A stretch of 64,000 bases of DNA, from positions 83,508 to 147,507 of the forward strand of contig NW_021833064.1 in the NCBI RefSeq assembly GCF_006345805.1. The letters are read 5' to 3'. Under the pieces are notes generated by a model that ran no database searches, was not told where the DNA came from, and was given only the letters and a program-made list of their open reading frames with translations. A program made the position numbers and the translations under genes. Below are positions 1 through 12,775 of the stretch, in pieces. Within the stretch, counting starts at the first letter, position 1, and each line of letters begins with the position of its first letter. Origin of the DNA: Octopus sinensis (Eukaryota).

Positions 1-430
1 TTCATTTATACATCACTGTATTTCAAGAAAGTACAGTTGTCTGGTCTTTTCTATCAAACCAGTTTAATATGAGTGATTACTCTTTCTAAATAATTCAGGA
101 CATCTCACTTTTATCCATAATATGAAACAGTAAACTGGTCTATATCTGTCTTATACAAAATAACATAAAAAATCTTTTATATGTATTTATTTAGAAAACA
201 GACAATACGCCTTTTACGCCAATCAACTTGCCAGAATGGGACTCGTTGCGATAAAGGATTGGAATCTAAATACAGCAAAGTCATAGATCTGTGTATTTCC
301 CCCAAATACTTTCAATGTAAAAACTCCACAGACGCCGTGCCTCATCAGAGAGACTGATATTTTCCGACATTTTTAAAGGAATTGCTTTGTCGATCCTCAA
401 AGTGCATCTAAAAATTCCAGACTAAAAAAA
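1..430 (-). mobile_element. Degenerate LINE (RTE-like) reverse transcriptase fragment
   Basis: Minus-strand remnant reads ...IRLYKT.I..., resembling the RTE post-RT region; heavily disrupted. Confidence 0.35.
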
Positions 431-570
431 AGTTGAAGATTCATCTAAAAGTGTCTACTTTCGACAAGAAAAGTTGATTTAAAGCAAATCTATTATTGTC
501 GGCTACTGTATATTGATAATATCTATCATTCAAAAAGTAACAAAAAGGATTAATTGATTGAAATGACCAG

Positions 571-918
571 TCACCACATGGCCCGAGTAATTCCAGAAAG
601 AGTGTTATAATCGGCGAGTTTCCTAAAGACGGTTCGATTGACTTTATATGGAAACACAACGTGTGGACGACCAGTCCAAACACAGCGTTGACGAAGGCGA
701 ATATAATTCGAATTTGTAGGAATATTCTTAAGCTCATATGAAGCCTGTTCCTTCAGAGACTGGGGAAGGATTCTGTTTTTCCTCAACGCGTTGTAACGAA
801 TTCTATCCTTCCCAAATAACGAAACGCAGATCCTTCGATGCTCATCCCTCAAATTTTGTTTAAAAAAATGCTTTCCACGAATAAACACATTATTTAAGCC
901 AAATGAGGCCAACAACAT
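571..918 (-). CDS. MRPS14: Mitochondrial ribosomal protein S14 (uS14m)
   Basis: 115-aa ORF with N-terminal extension, then RIRYNALRKNRILP...RLRQRCVWTGRP...RTVFRKLADYNTLSGITRAMW, matching the uS14m pattern (LRKN.ILP; R.RC..T.RP; LSG..RA.W). Confidence 0.9.
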   Translation of the reverse strand: MLLASFGLNNVFIRGKHFFKQNLRDEHRRICVSLFGKDRIRYNALRKNRILPQSLKEQASYELKNIPTNSNYIRLRQRCVWTGRPHVVFPYKVNRTVFRKLADYNTLSGITRAMW

Positions 919-1029
919 AACGGCCTTGTTTTATTATTTTATTGGGAATGTTTTTCTTTCATTGAATATAAAGAATTTAAAGTAAGTATTAATTAATTCA
1001 GTAATCTCTTCATTCTAGTCGATACATTA

Positions 1030-1620
1030 TTTATTCGCACAGTGATTCAGGTAGGCAAGTCCGGCTTTTTTCTTTTGAGGAGCTGGCAGGCACTGGCGAT
1101 GTTGTAGACACACTTATTTGGTGATAAAAGAATAAATTTCTATCTTACACGAGACAGAATACGCTTTTAGAACGTGGGGAGTCTTTGGCTAGCCAGTGAC
1201 TAAAGTTTTTAAAATTTATAAAATCCTCAGTAGCACTTTTGTATAGGATGGAATGAAGATATTTTGATAAAATCTGGTCCAGTTGATGGTTGTTCTGGGC
1301 ACTGAAAACCAGTTTTTAATTTACAAATGATTCTTCAAGTAGATATTTGTGCCTCAAGTATTTATCAGTAGTAGCCAGATGAGTTATTTCCAGCATTTCT
1401 GCCTGAAGAATCGAGAAGCTTTTTTGCAGATACTAATTCGGTTTTTTTCAGTCTATAAGATATTTAAAAAGCATACGTTTACTTAGAAAAGAAATTAAAG
1501 TCAATCCTCTTCCAAAATTGTTACGGGTGAGGTATAATCTTTGTTCGCCGTTCGCAAATGTTTTATTAATTTTTCTTAGATTATATCGTCCGCCTTGTTT
1601 TATACTGTCAAAAAATAATT
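1030..1620 (-). mobile_element. Degenerate RLE-type (R2/NeSL-like) non-LTR retrotransposon fragment
   Basis: Minus strand gives RLYLTRNNFGRGL (cf. RLYLPR..GGRGL) and a downstream IASACQLL zinc-knuckle remnant; stops and frameshifts throughout. Confidence 0.45.
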
Positions 1621-1878
1621 AAAGAATGTTTATTTAATTATCACAGTTGATATAATGTGTTACTTAATTCAAAAAATTACAAAAAGCCCATAAATTTCTC
1701 ATAACTTCAATTATCTAGTCTAAAAGTCAATAAAAGATTATTTAGAAAGCAAATTAACCTCTAAATAGAGTCAAAATAGAACTAAATTTGTAAATATAAA
1801 CACAAAAAACCCAGGTAAAAGTTTAAATAAAGTGGGCTGAAGAACAGATCTGGTCAGGCAGACAAAGACCATCTAAAC

Positions 1879-2730
1879 CAGTGGTTCTCAACCTGGGGTC
1901 TGCGAGAAACTTCTGAACCTTTATTTGAATTTTAATTTCAACGACAACTCTTTTAAGACACTTGCACACATGTCATCTCCATCTGATGTATAAAAATAAG
2001 GATTCTTTATTTCTTTGCATCAAAAATAAGAATCAAGTATTTACTAATTTCATATAAACTTTGCTTTCTGATAATTCCATGGTATTACCATCTTACATGA
2101 TTTCATTACGTATTGCGAAAGAAAAGAAACCTCAAACTATTGCCAAAAAACTGATTCCTTTTTTTGTAAAGAGATAGTGCGTACTCTTATTGACACTCAT
2201 GCTGAAAATATATTTTCAAATATACTACTATCAAATGATACTGTTCATCGACGAATTTTTGACATGTCAGAAAATATTATATTATTCTTTTTAACAGGGG
2301 ATTCGATTTGCTATTGTGATTTATGCATGTAGGTTTCCAAACAGTTAAAGAAAACGAAACCTATGGACCTTCTTGCAGATAAAAATAGTTTAAAAAGACT
2401 GTCGCCTGTGAGACTTCATAATGCCACATGAGGTAATGGTGTAAAAAAAGATCTTGTTGGTGATGCTGCTAAAACTAACTTGCATTTTCTTTCTGCCATC
2501 ATTGGAAATGTCAACGATGTCTGAAGGCAAATGGGTGTTTCAGATTGAATTTATAATTTACATAATTAAGTCATAATAAAATTGCATTTATTTTAACACG
2601 TGGTAGAACAAATTAAAACTTCATGCTATGAAAATTTTGCGATACAGGTTAACGGATCTACCGATGTAGCTAACTGTGCTCAATTAATAATATTTGCTTG
2701 TTATGTCTATGATGGAGATTTTAAAAAAGG
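1879..2730. mobile_element. hAT (Buster/ZBED5-like) transposon remnant
   Basis: Terminus CAGTGGTTCTCAACCTGGGG at 1879; plus-strand remnants LLSNDTVHRRIFDMSE and FAIQVNGSTDVANCAQLII typical of Buster/Charlie transposases. Confidence 0.6.
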
Positions 2731-2739
2731 TTTACCGGA

Positions 2740-3060
2740 AGCCCAGACACACAAGCTCAACATACGATAGGCGCGTTGGGACGAGAAATCTCGAGGCTTC
2801 TCAGAAAAGAAACGATCACAGGTAGCAAACCCATCCGACAAAGCACTGTCCAGTCAAGATCCGAAAGGTTTGTGTAGGATCTCCGAGGCCAGGTTGTTGC
2901 ACATCGAAAGAGAGAATAGATATGCCAGGAATGCCAAATCGGATGCAGTACGGATTCTCGCACCTCCTAATCTCAGCAGAAGCGAGCATTAGCCTCATCC
3001 TGGAGCATACTAGCAGCATCACGCAAATCTTTTTACTTTTCTTAGGCCAAGCGTTTAACA
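2740..3060 (-). mobile_element. CRE-type retrotransposon RT-region fragment
   Basis: LFRCATTW...TNLSDLDWT...CRMG resembles the CRE LRC.P.W...LSD..W...LP.R.GGLG segment, with internal deletions. Confidence 0.45.
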
Positions 3061-3849
3061 ACTAAAGTAAAGGCATATTTCCAAACTTCATTTTAAGTTT
3101 ATTATTTGCTTGTAAATTTATTAGTTGCAATTTAAGAATAGTAAGAGCTGTTTAAGACCTCTTCAAAAATTTCATTTGCATACATAAAATCAAATAGCCA
3201 AATATATTTTTTTCTACAAAATCATACTTAATCATTTTATTATCATGGAAGAAGAGAATATTATCTTTCAATTCAAAAACTCTTTTTACAAATTTTCTAT
3301 GACTCACTCATTAATTCTAAACTCTGAGTATTTTATAGTAAAAACCAGACTAAATCTAAATTGGAGTAAACTAGTAGCGCAGTCCTCTTCTGGACAATTT
3401 TACATACCCTGACACAAGTTTATAATCAATTGACCAAATTTTTATTAAACTACGCTTTTTCGTTACAATCTTTCTATAAAATGGTGTGGTCTACGTAAAT
3501 GGAAAATATGTTTATAATCACATCCTCATGCTGCCATCTCACTTGACGAGTGTGCTTATGGAAACTCTTCCTCTTTCAAACGAGTGTGCACTGAGAAAGT
3601 ATTTTTTCTATTTAGATATGGTCACTTTCTCACTGCCTCCAATCTTAACCTTGCTCACATGCTTAGTCGTAGATGGCATACTACCAATTCTCTCACTTTT
3701 TGTCATCCTCTTTCTTACTTCCTTCCTGCTTGTCTCACGTGTCGATTTGGCCATTTTTTCTTTTGTACTCCCTCTTACTTATCCCCAAAAAGATGTTTTC
3801 GATCTTCTAGTTGCAAATCAATAGGCTACGCTCATCCAAAAAGTGTGGA

Positions 3850-4100
3850 TAACCATATCTGAATGAGGCCTTTAAGTCCTCAAAAGCTTAATTTCGTAAG
3901 CAGTTTGATTAAGACATGCAGTCGCCAATGAGATGGTAATCATCCAAGAGCACATTGGATGTGAATTAAATGAGCATATCGTCGTCATTTTCAAAAGAAT
4001 GCTTTAATTAGATAACAAACTGAACACTATTCTTCAAAAGATCAATGCAAGAAGTACACAGGCTGAAGAGTATGTTATGGACATTGGAATATGATCATCG
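3850..4100 (+). mobile_element. Tc1 transposase C-terminal remnant
   Basis: Degenerate PIEH.W..K segment followed by a helical tail typical of the region after the DD34E glutamate. Confidence 0.4.
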
Positions 4101-4311
4101 TGCAACTTGGGGATTTTTTTTAAAAATTTTTTTGAGTACTTATCAATTCAAGAGAATATACAGTTAGAAAAATTGTTAATTGATTTGTTTAATCAATCGA
4201 ATGTTAGGTCTGAATGTCCGCCTAATCCGATTTACTAACTATTTTTATTAATAACAGCTTTGATGCATGTTTTAAAGAATTTGAGTTGCGTTTTATTTTT
4301 AGTATCATGAC

Positions 4312-4563
4312 TAGGGCCAACATTTTTTTAACCTTAAAAATTGAAAAATTTAACCTTAAAAAGTTAACTTTATTAACCTATAAACCAAAATTTTTAACCT
4401 TAAAGTTAAAAAAATTTAACCTTACGATTTATTTTTTTAACTTATTAACTTTATAATTTTTTAAAATATAAAGATAGAACGTTTAAAAATAATATAAAAA
4501 CAGTTTTTATTTAATTTTTATTTAAAATATTAAAATTTAACTTTATTAACTTTATCACCCCTA
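4312..4563. mobile_element. hAT-type MITE
   Basis: TAGGG...CCCTA termini; flanking 8-mers ATCATGAC (4304-4311) and GTCATGAC (4564-4571), a 7/8 TSD; internal TTAACCTTAAAA repeats; no coding capacity. Confidence 0.7.
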
Positions 4564-4611
4564 GTCATGACCTTTGAACTGGTGAACAAAATATAGTAAA
4601 TATTCTTTGCT

Positions 4612-5103
4612 ATGCACTCTGATATGAACGACATCATACGGAGGGTCCTCGACTCGGCAGGATTTCCTTCGGTTCTCGAACCACCGGGTCTTGACCGCGG
4701 TGACGGGAAACGTCTTGACGGGATGATTCTTTCCCCTTTTGAGGGCAGAAAAGGCCTCGTATGGGATGCAACCTACTGGGATACTTTTTCTGCTTCACAT
4801 TTAACTTCGTGTGTTCTGGAGGCTAAATCTGCTGCTAAGAAGGCTGAAGATTTAAAGCTATCAAAATATTCTGCCCTTTCGGAGGAGTTTTTCGTGGTGC
4901 CGATAGCGGCGGGACGTCGGGTGCTCTCGGTCCAAAGACTGAAAAGTTCCTCCGCAAGCTCGAAGCCAAAATCTCAATGCGCACTCACGATCCTCGGGAG
5001 GTGGACTGGCTATTGCAACGGTTCTCGATCGCCGTTATCCGGGGAAACATTTGGCAATTCGCCAGGCCTGCTGACCTTCCCTTCGATTAATCGATATTAT
5101 TGA
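4612..5103 (+). mobile_element. CRE-type RLE retrotransposon 3' fragment
   Basis: LEPPGLDRGDGKRLDGM...LVWDAT...K..KY...FVVPIA, the PD-(D/E)xK RLE domain; frameshifted near the end. Confidence 0.85.
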
Positions 5104-5135
5104 TAACGAATCTTATAAATATATTTATATTAGTA

Positions 5136-6645
5136 CAGTACCGCTCAAATGTTTCGGACCACCCTATTTTCTCAATTTCCAAGTCAATCCTAAATTATTT
5201 TTATACGGTTCTTTAGAGAAACTTATTAGATAAGCTTAAACACATTTATTCTATTTTAAAAACTTGGACAGATATTCATGTTTGGCGCAATTTTAAAATT
5301 ATCGATTTTATACTCGATCATATGTTCCGGACCAGTTTAAAAAAACCGAAAATTTATTAAACTTATAAAAAGTTAATAATTAATATTTCCTCCGTTGTTC
5401 GTTATAACAGCATTTATTCGCTCTGGAAGTGAATTGTATAATTTTTCAATGTACGAATTATCAATCTCGTACCAAATTTTTTTGGTCAAATTCCAGAGCG
5501 CTGGAAGATCTTTTGGTTCCAGATCATAAAGTTTTGTTTTAGTACCGACCACATATTTTCAATAATATTCAGTTCGGGTGACTGGCTCGGCCAAGTTTCT
5601 AAGATTTTAATTTGTTTCCTTTGAAAAAATTCATTGTCGACATGGACCGATGGGAAGGAGCGCCGTCTTGCTGGAGATACATGGTCTCATCATAAAAATT
5701 TTCGAGTCCAACATTTATAATTCTCTGATACTCTGCGGAATCAACATTTTTAATGCATAAGACAATGTTTCTCCATCCATTTGCAGCAATAGCTCCCCAG
5801 ACCATAATGCTAGGAGAAAATTTTCGTGTTTTTAAACAATATTTTGAGTCAAATCTAGAGTTTGGTGGCCTTCTAACATAATTTTTGTGTTTGAATGCAA
5901 TTTATATTTTGCATTCATCACTAAAAATAATTTACCCCAATCATTTTGGCTCCAAGTTAATTTCTCAATGCACCAATTTTTTCTAGCCTTTTATGGCATA
6001 TGGAAAGACTTGGTTTTGGGCATTGCTTTCGCCCATTCAAATTATTTTTTTGTAGGCATCTTTTAATTGTATTTGTGCTTACAATAGAATTTAATTTCAT
6101 ATCAAATTTAATTTGCCGTTTTTGTGGGGTCTGCTTTCGAAATTCTCACTAATTTGCGTTCAGATCTTGGGGATAACAATCTCGGTCGACCAGATTTGGG
6201 TCTGTCGGAATATAGTCCAACGGATGAATATCTGGAAATTGTTCTTTGAACAGCAGTTTTGGATATTTTTAATTTTTCGGCAATTTCTCTTTGTGAAGCT
6301 CCATCTTAAAAAAAAGTGATGATAGCGACCCGATCAACCAGTGAAACACGCGGCATTTGTTATTTATTAGTCTTTTGTTTTTAATTGAATCAAAAATTAT
6401 TTAAATTTAAAGAGATTTAACTGGTTCGAAACATATGATTGCAACTGGTCCGGAACATATGATCGAGTCAAAAATCAATTATATTCAATTGGCGCCAAAC
6501 AAAAATATTTAAAGAAAATTTTAGAATAGAATAAATGTATTTAAGCTTATCTAATAAGTTTCTCTAAAGAACCGTATAAAAATAATTTAGGATTGACTTG
6601 GAAATTGAGAAAAATAGGGTGGTCCGAAACATTTGAGCGGTACTG
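5136..6645 (-). mobile_element. Full-length Tc1 DNA transposon with long TIRs, frameshifted transposase
   Basis: ~200-bp inverted repeats starting CAGTACCGCTCAAATGTTTCGGACCACCC; TA at 5134-35 and 6646-47; internal IIFSDECK, MVWGAI and LQQDGAPSH motifs. Confidence 0.92.
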
Positions 6646-7479
6646 TAAATATTTTTTATTTCTAATCGTTATTTGTCATTCCTTTATTTGCCGAACATTT
6701 TGTTGATTTACATACAAATTTTCTATTATTGGCTCGATTCTGTTTTTGCTGATTTTTTAAATTTATTTTTATTGTTTTAAAAATGCTACAATTAATTTTT
6801 AAACTATGGATTTGGAAATTCTAATATCCTTCAGAACACATTTTGCAAAATACAAGCTAAATAAAATCAGCAACATGGTTAAAAACAGAGCAGATGTCTT
6901 TGAATTATATAAAAATACTGTGCCTGATGGAATAGTTCATTGTGATTTAGCGCCGGAAGATGTAACAATTAGCACAATTCAGAATTCTTTAAATCAAATT
7001 TTCTGTGACGGTATAGTAACAGAAGAAATTATACCTCAAAAAGATTTTTAAACTGCAATATCTGTTGAAATACATATTCTAATGATACTATGAATGTGTT
7101 TGGTGCGATTTTTTTTGAGAATCATACATAAAAACTAAAGAAATGTCAGACAATGATTTCATATTTAGAAAAAAGTTCAGATTCGAATAAAAAAACAGCC
7201 ATAAATATTCTTGATTAATTAGTTAAAAAAACTTGAACAAATTTTTTATTCTCTTATTGGCCAAATTTGTAAAATCCTCAACATTGGCAACTATTTACTG
7301 TATTATACCATTTTCAAGTCATTTTGTCTATTATGAACTACAAATTTACATTTACAAACTTCTAATTGTAATTGAAAATTCAAATTTACAATTTTAAAAT
7401 TCATGTTTGCATTTTATCAAAATATTGTATATACTAATTGTAATCATATTATGGACAACAAACAAATATTATTTGTTGA

Positions 7480-8700
7480 ATTAACAATCATAAAGGTCCT
7501 CACCACGAGTAACTCGGGGATAATATTTTTCAATCCAGTTAACAAATCCCATTAATTTTTGTGGTGTAAAAACCTTTTTTGTATCTATTGCAATTTTTTC
7601 CAATATTTTTAGCCTATATTCAAAAATTAGAGTGTCATCCGAAGTTTTTTTTTATAATTAAGAATTATTGACATCTTTTCTCTTAGCATTTTTTACTTCT
7701 GCTTTAAAAGTACTCCAGGCTAATTCAATCGGGTTTAATAAGTACAATTATTTATTTACCCCCGGCCCCTTCAATTGAAAGAAACCGATGACTAACAAGA
7801 ACGAAATTGTCAATGTCGGACTCTCCCAAAGATCCCCGATCGCGATCCGGTGTTTTGAAGAAACAGAAGGTGGGCCTGGACACGAGAAAAGATCACTGAG
7901 AGAGTGGGAATGCGTGGATTCGGCAAGGCCTATTCTTCGACGATAATTGCGTAGTCCAATATGATAGCCACAGCGGAGACGGGGCAAGTTCACTCGGGCT
8001 TCTCTCGAGAGGGAGGATTCGTTGTTGTTTATTGGTGGCGGAATGCGTCCCAGAAGCTTGTTTATTCCAAGACATCTGATTGCCTTCGTAGCTACCAAGT
8101 CGTGAATTCTCTTCTGGTTATTGTCCGGAGGAAAGGAAATGTTTTGGTGGCGAGGCAATAATTATGTCATCAGCGTAGGAGAGAAGTAGAGTATTATTGT
8201 TCGTCGGGATACTGGACAGATGTAAGTTAAATAAGGCAGGTGAAAGAACCGAGCCTTGGGGAACCCCGTTAGACAAGTATTTGTAATAAGTACAAATATG
8301 GGGCCAATCGTAAAAGTTCAACATTTTCTTTTTGGTCGGCAGGTTTTGAGAAAAATTAATTCCCCATCAAGCCAATTTTTTACTGTTGTAACAGACACAG
8401 AGATTGAATAATTATTTCGTATTTTCTCCGCACATTCTTTCAAAGTGATCTGATGATCAGTTTCAATCCAACTGATTAATTCATTTATACTAATTTGATT
8501 TTTTTAAATGTCTTTTACCTCCACTTGGATGTCTTTCTTTAGCTTCATTTTCAATCCAATGATAAGCTGTTCTCAAATTCACTCCAAGAGAAGAACATAG
8601 AGACTGCCAATCGCCAAAATTTTCATGTGGTTCAATTATTCTTTTTTTTGTATCATCACTGTACTTGCGATATCTTGTTTTTTCAGTCATCAAACAATTT
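7480..8700 (-). mobile_element. IS630/Tc1-like transposase split by a LINE insertion
   Basis: HTH-like N-terminus (KYSDDTKKRII...LGVNLRTAYHW) at 8490-8693 and C-terminus LNPIELAWSTFK... at 7480-7745, on either side of the LINE at 7748-8330. Confidence 0.7.
7748..8330 (-). mobile_element. 5'-truncated, internally deleted copy of the Ingi/Vingi-like LINE
   Basis: GVPQGSVLSP and YADD RT motifs; 3' end CAATTGAAGGGGCCGGGGGTAAATAAATAA shared with the element at 52364-55648. Confidence 0.9.
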
Positions 8701-8809
8701 TCGATGTATTTGACAAAAAAATTTTTATATGCAACATTGACTTTTCTAATTTTTTTTTATTCATAAATTTTTTTTAACAAACCGTCTAATTATTCTAATT
8801 TTAAATTTA

Positions 8810-9150
8810 GTATTTACAGAGGATAAGATGGAATGGCAATTCCTACGCAAGATGGCTATTGATATGCGTTGGAAAAGCCATGTCCGTTCCCGATGATCAT
8901 TTCCCCAGTTTAATAAGGAATTTTTTAGTTCTGGGACCGAGGACTCCCGACGTCTCCACTGCGATCGGGCCAAAGATATGGCGGTGAGATAATGCACGGT
9001 ATTTCTTGATTTTTAGCTTTTCGGCCAGGTTAGCTGCGGAGCCCGGCTCTGCGGCTGACGTAAAGATGTTTCCGGCAGAGAAGGTGTCCGTGCAAGTTGC
9101 ATCCCAGATGAGCGACTTGCCATTTTCGAAGGGAAAGTTGTTAGGCCGTC
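8810..9150 (-). mobile_element. CRE-type RLE 3' fragment
   Basis: FPFENGKSLIWDATCTDTFSAG...LFQRISIAILRRN. Confidence 0.8.
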
Positions 9151-9414
9151 ATGACGTTACAAATTGGAAGTTTGTAATTGTAAATTTGATTTCTGCGGTT
9201 GACATTTGAAGTTTGTAATTGCCAAATTAAAAATGGTATAGTTCTAGCGATTTTTGAAATTTTTCGTTTAATTATCAAATAAGAGAGATTCTCATTAAAA
9301 AAATGTATTTTTTAACAAAAATGCTTACGTTAGAATTTCAAAATAAGGTTAAGCAGGTGAAAATAATTAAGACATACTTGTCATAAAAATCAGCATATAT
9401 AGAATATTCTATAT

Positions 9415-10198
9415 TCAGCAGCACTTTATTTTTTTGCGTACACGATCGAATTTAGACGAAATGGTCGTGATTAGATTCGACAAAGACCCGAACGTCGAAC
9501 AATTTGAATGGAGGTCGGTCTCTGGTAGTTTGTGGTACGTTGATTTATAGGTAAGACGACTGATTATATCTAGAGTCCAAATTGACAAACAAACCTTCAA
9601 AAACATAGTTAAAGAGTTCTCGTACGTTGGTATCGTAAAGTGCCGACGTTTCCACGAATCTCATGTCATTATTTTCTGGAATAGATTTAAATCTCAACTT
9701 GCAAAATCCTCTGCTTCCTTGTTGGAAACACAGCGGAGATGGTCGAGGTCACATTTGTTTCCAGCAAGAATGAAGACGCAATCCTCGTCGACGTGGATTT
9801 TGACCTTCCTAATCCAATTGCTGCAATTCTCGAATGTGGTGCGCTTGGCCACATCGAATACGACGACCACTCCCATTGCATTCCTGTAATAACTACCAAA
9901 TATGGCCACTGGACTGCCTGGGTATCAATAAATTGAATCGTTCCTGTCCCGCTGTGTCCCAAATGCGAGCTTTAACTATCTTGTTACTCACGTGGATTAT
10001 TCAACGAATGACAGTATGGGGTACTTTGTCATGTACTCAGTCCCGATTGTACTCGCCGAGTCCAAACTGAAAGTATTACGTGTGTATCGAATCAGTAAAT
10101 TGGTTTTTCCCACTCCGCGGTCACCAATGATTATAACTGTTATTCAACCATGTAATTCAACCTTTGAAAATATAATCATAATTATTGAGGTCAGTCAT
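9415..10198 (-). CDS. RAB11: Rab11-like small GTPase, several micro-introns
   Basis: Spliced by eye: [27 protein letters not shown]...STIG...WDTAGQE...GNKCDL.HLR.V...ETSAL...; C-terminal CC prenylation motif. Subfamily assigned from YDY.FK and HLR.V. Confidence 0.82.
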
Positions 10199-10284
10199 AT
10201 TTTGATAAGCCTTAGTTAAATAATTTATTCCTTAGTTAATAAAATAATAATTAATACAAAACAAATAATATTAAACAAGAAAAA

Positions 10285-12598
10285 TTAAACATTGAAGGAA
10301 GTGTCCGACATCACTTCCCAATCAGACTACCCAATATGACCAATAACCTTACATCTCCCTTGCAGAACATGGACAGATATTTCGGGTCGTTGCAAACCTC
10401 ATAAACAAATTCCTTCCTTTCGTCTTTGTACTTGTCAATCACCTCCACTGAACATGCCGGACAGGAGGAATACACGTGCAGTGCCCCCGATATTATATTG
10501 CTACCCCCAATGCCCCCACGAATCTAATATATCACTACGATTACATAGTGGGGGACAGTCCCTAGTATTCCTTCAGGGGACACTCCGGCCATCAGTCCGT
10601 CAGGATGGTTTAAAGCACTCGTAAACATTTCAACGGCTATTCCCGCACAGACCTGGGAAATGCCTGGTCTGACTGCCGTGCATTGCTGGTCGAGTGTTCT
10701 GTCCACTGCCCCTTTCTAAAGTGACCCACCCACAATAAACGTTGGAAGGGATGGATATGTCCGAACAAAAATAACAACCCAACTTATTTCCAGGCAAATG
10801 TGACTGTAAAACCTCTGTCTTGTCCCCGTCGGTCGTCGGAGGGTGGCGAATGACCAAAAACGAATCAAACCCAATGGCTACGTTAATCACGGGCTATTTT
10901 ATTCACAACTCACTACCTTGGAGACTGCCTTGCACATCACAGTGGGCAACCAACGGGCTTCTCGACTGTCCAATGCCAGGAAAATGACATCATATTCACT
11001 AATCAATCCTTCGAGCTGGTCAAAGTCTTTCTCAAACTGAGCAAGAGAACGTTCTGAAATGACTAAGAAAGCTCACCTGACATATCAATGGACTCCCCGG
11101 GGATCATAACTGTCAGATCAAATCCCTCAACCTCCTTAGAATATGACCAAATAAACAACAATGAAAGGAAGGATTTCCTTAACTCTCTTTGCTGCAGTCT
11201 CAGCCTTTGGACAGTTGACATCCTCCATCCGATAAAGCGTCTGTCGAGACAGATTGGAATAAGACACACACGAATTGTCCACAAACCCCAATTTGCCTAC
11301 ATTCCATCCCTTCAATAGCACTTCTCATTCTACCATCAGACCACGTGCAATGTTGCAGCCGAGAGTGCCCGCCCCAATGATCAGGCAACTCGTCGACTCG
11401 ATTATTTTCAAATCAATTTTAAATGTCCGTCTCCAATTCATCAATTGTAGGTTAAGACGATTACTCGACTTGCACAAACTAAGACTGACACACACATATA
11501 ACTTTATTGGGGACAGAAATAATGACAAATCCACATGCCGAGGTCCCAGTTGGTTCTTCTCATTCATAAGCCATCCAGTAGGCTTAAAAGTCCTCACTAG
11601 AAATGTGAATAAGACAGACTTGTATCAACATCAATTGGACTGACTCGACATTTGTAGATAACCGAGTGTTGTATTGAGTCATTACTAATCCGAACAGACA
11701 CAAAACACAGCGAGTCCGTCCATTGAGACCTTGATAGTGATATATACCTACCATTTGGCACAAGCGAGGATTATGGCATTCCTCATTGGCCATCCTGCTC
11801 GAGGCATAGACGAGGAGTCAAGCACACACACAAAGCACTACAATTACAACACAACAACACACCTGCTGTCTCTCAATCAAGTCTTGTGTTACACCAGTCA
11901 GTCGAATGACTGTCTGAGATTCCAGAGAATAGAGGAATATTGGAATCTGAGGACTTTCGCTTATAAAGTCGAGGATCGCGGTCTCGGCTGCCAGAAACTA
12001 GGCCAGTCAACACCGCCAAATACTTTCTCGGGGGACAAAAATTGGGCGAGACACATTTGTTGGTTAACCACACAAAAATCGCCAACCCGGAAAGTGGGGA
12101 GACAAAACCAGTAAGTATATTTAAACCTTTTGAGGTCCTACTATGCTACACAAGGCAAACAATATGGGCTAACAGAAGGAATTGCATAATCAGGAGAGGA
12201 TTGGTAAAAGCGGATTCCAAATAGATCGAATCCAGCAACTGCCGTGGAGGGGGAAATTAACCTCAGCGGCCATTTGACTTAATAATCTGTCGGCTTCTTG
12301 GTTTAGTGATTTGATTGAGTTAAAAACGTGGACAGTGCCTATAATTCCAACTTGGTAGGGCGAAGTGACATGGCTGGGATGGGAGAATAAGTTACCTTTC
12401 TAGGGCATTGTATTCTATCGTTAGGAAGGATCGGCAGTTCTCGGGTACTGCTATGTTGGCATAACTAATACTGTCACAGGAGTAGGAGCCCATCAGGGTT
12501 ATTCCGTCCTCGCCTAACCCGATTTCTTCGAGCTTTCTCTTTGCGAGTAAGTTCCAGAAATATGGATCTACCACAGGATTCAATGACACAAATTTCAT
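10285..12598 (-). CDS. ATG7: Ubiquitin-like modifier-activating enzyme ATG7, many micro-introns
   Basis: Exon pieces [16 protein letters not shown]...[43 protein letters not shown] and [14 protein letters not shown]. Confidence 0.93.
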
Positions 12599-12775
12599 TA
12601 CATAATTTAATAAGTATTTTTATATACAAACATGTTTACCAAAATATAATGTAAATATTTATAATCTTGTTGTTATTTAAAAAATAACTTGGGTTACTTG
12701 TTTACTAATTTTCTACACACCAAATATAGCAATGTGCATAAATAAGTATTTTTTATACTAAATAGTGCAATTTTA

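Noticed and set aside
3486-3862. Membrane-protein ORF
   Set aside because: Hydrophobicity follows from pyrimidine-rich composition among TE debris; no recognisable family.
7250-8760. Fanzor/TnpB cargo beside the IS630-like element or the Helitrons
   Set aside because: No RuvC (DPG / RD.NAA.N) or zinc-finger motifs seen in any nearby frame.
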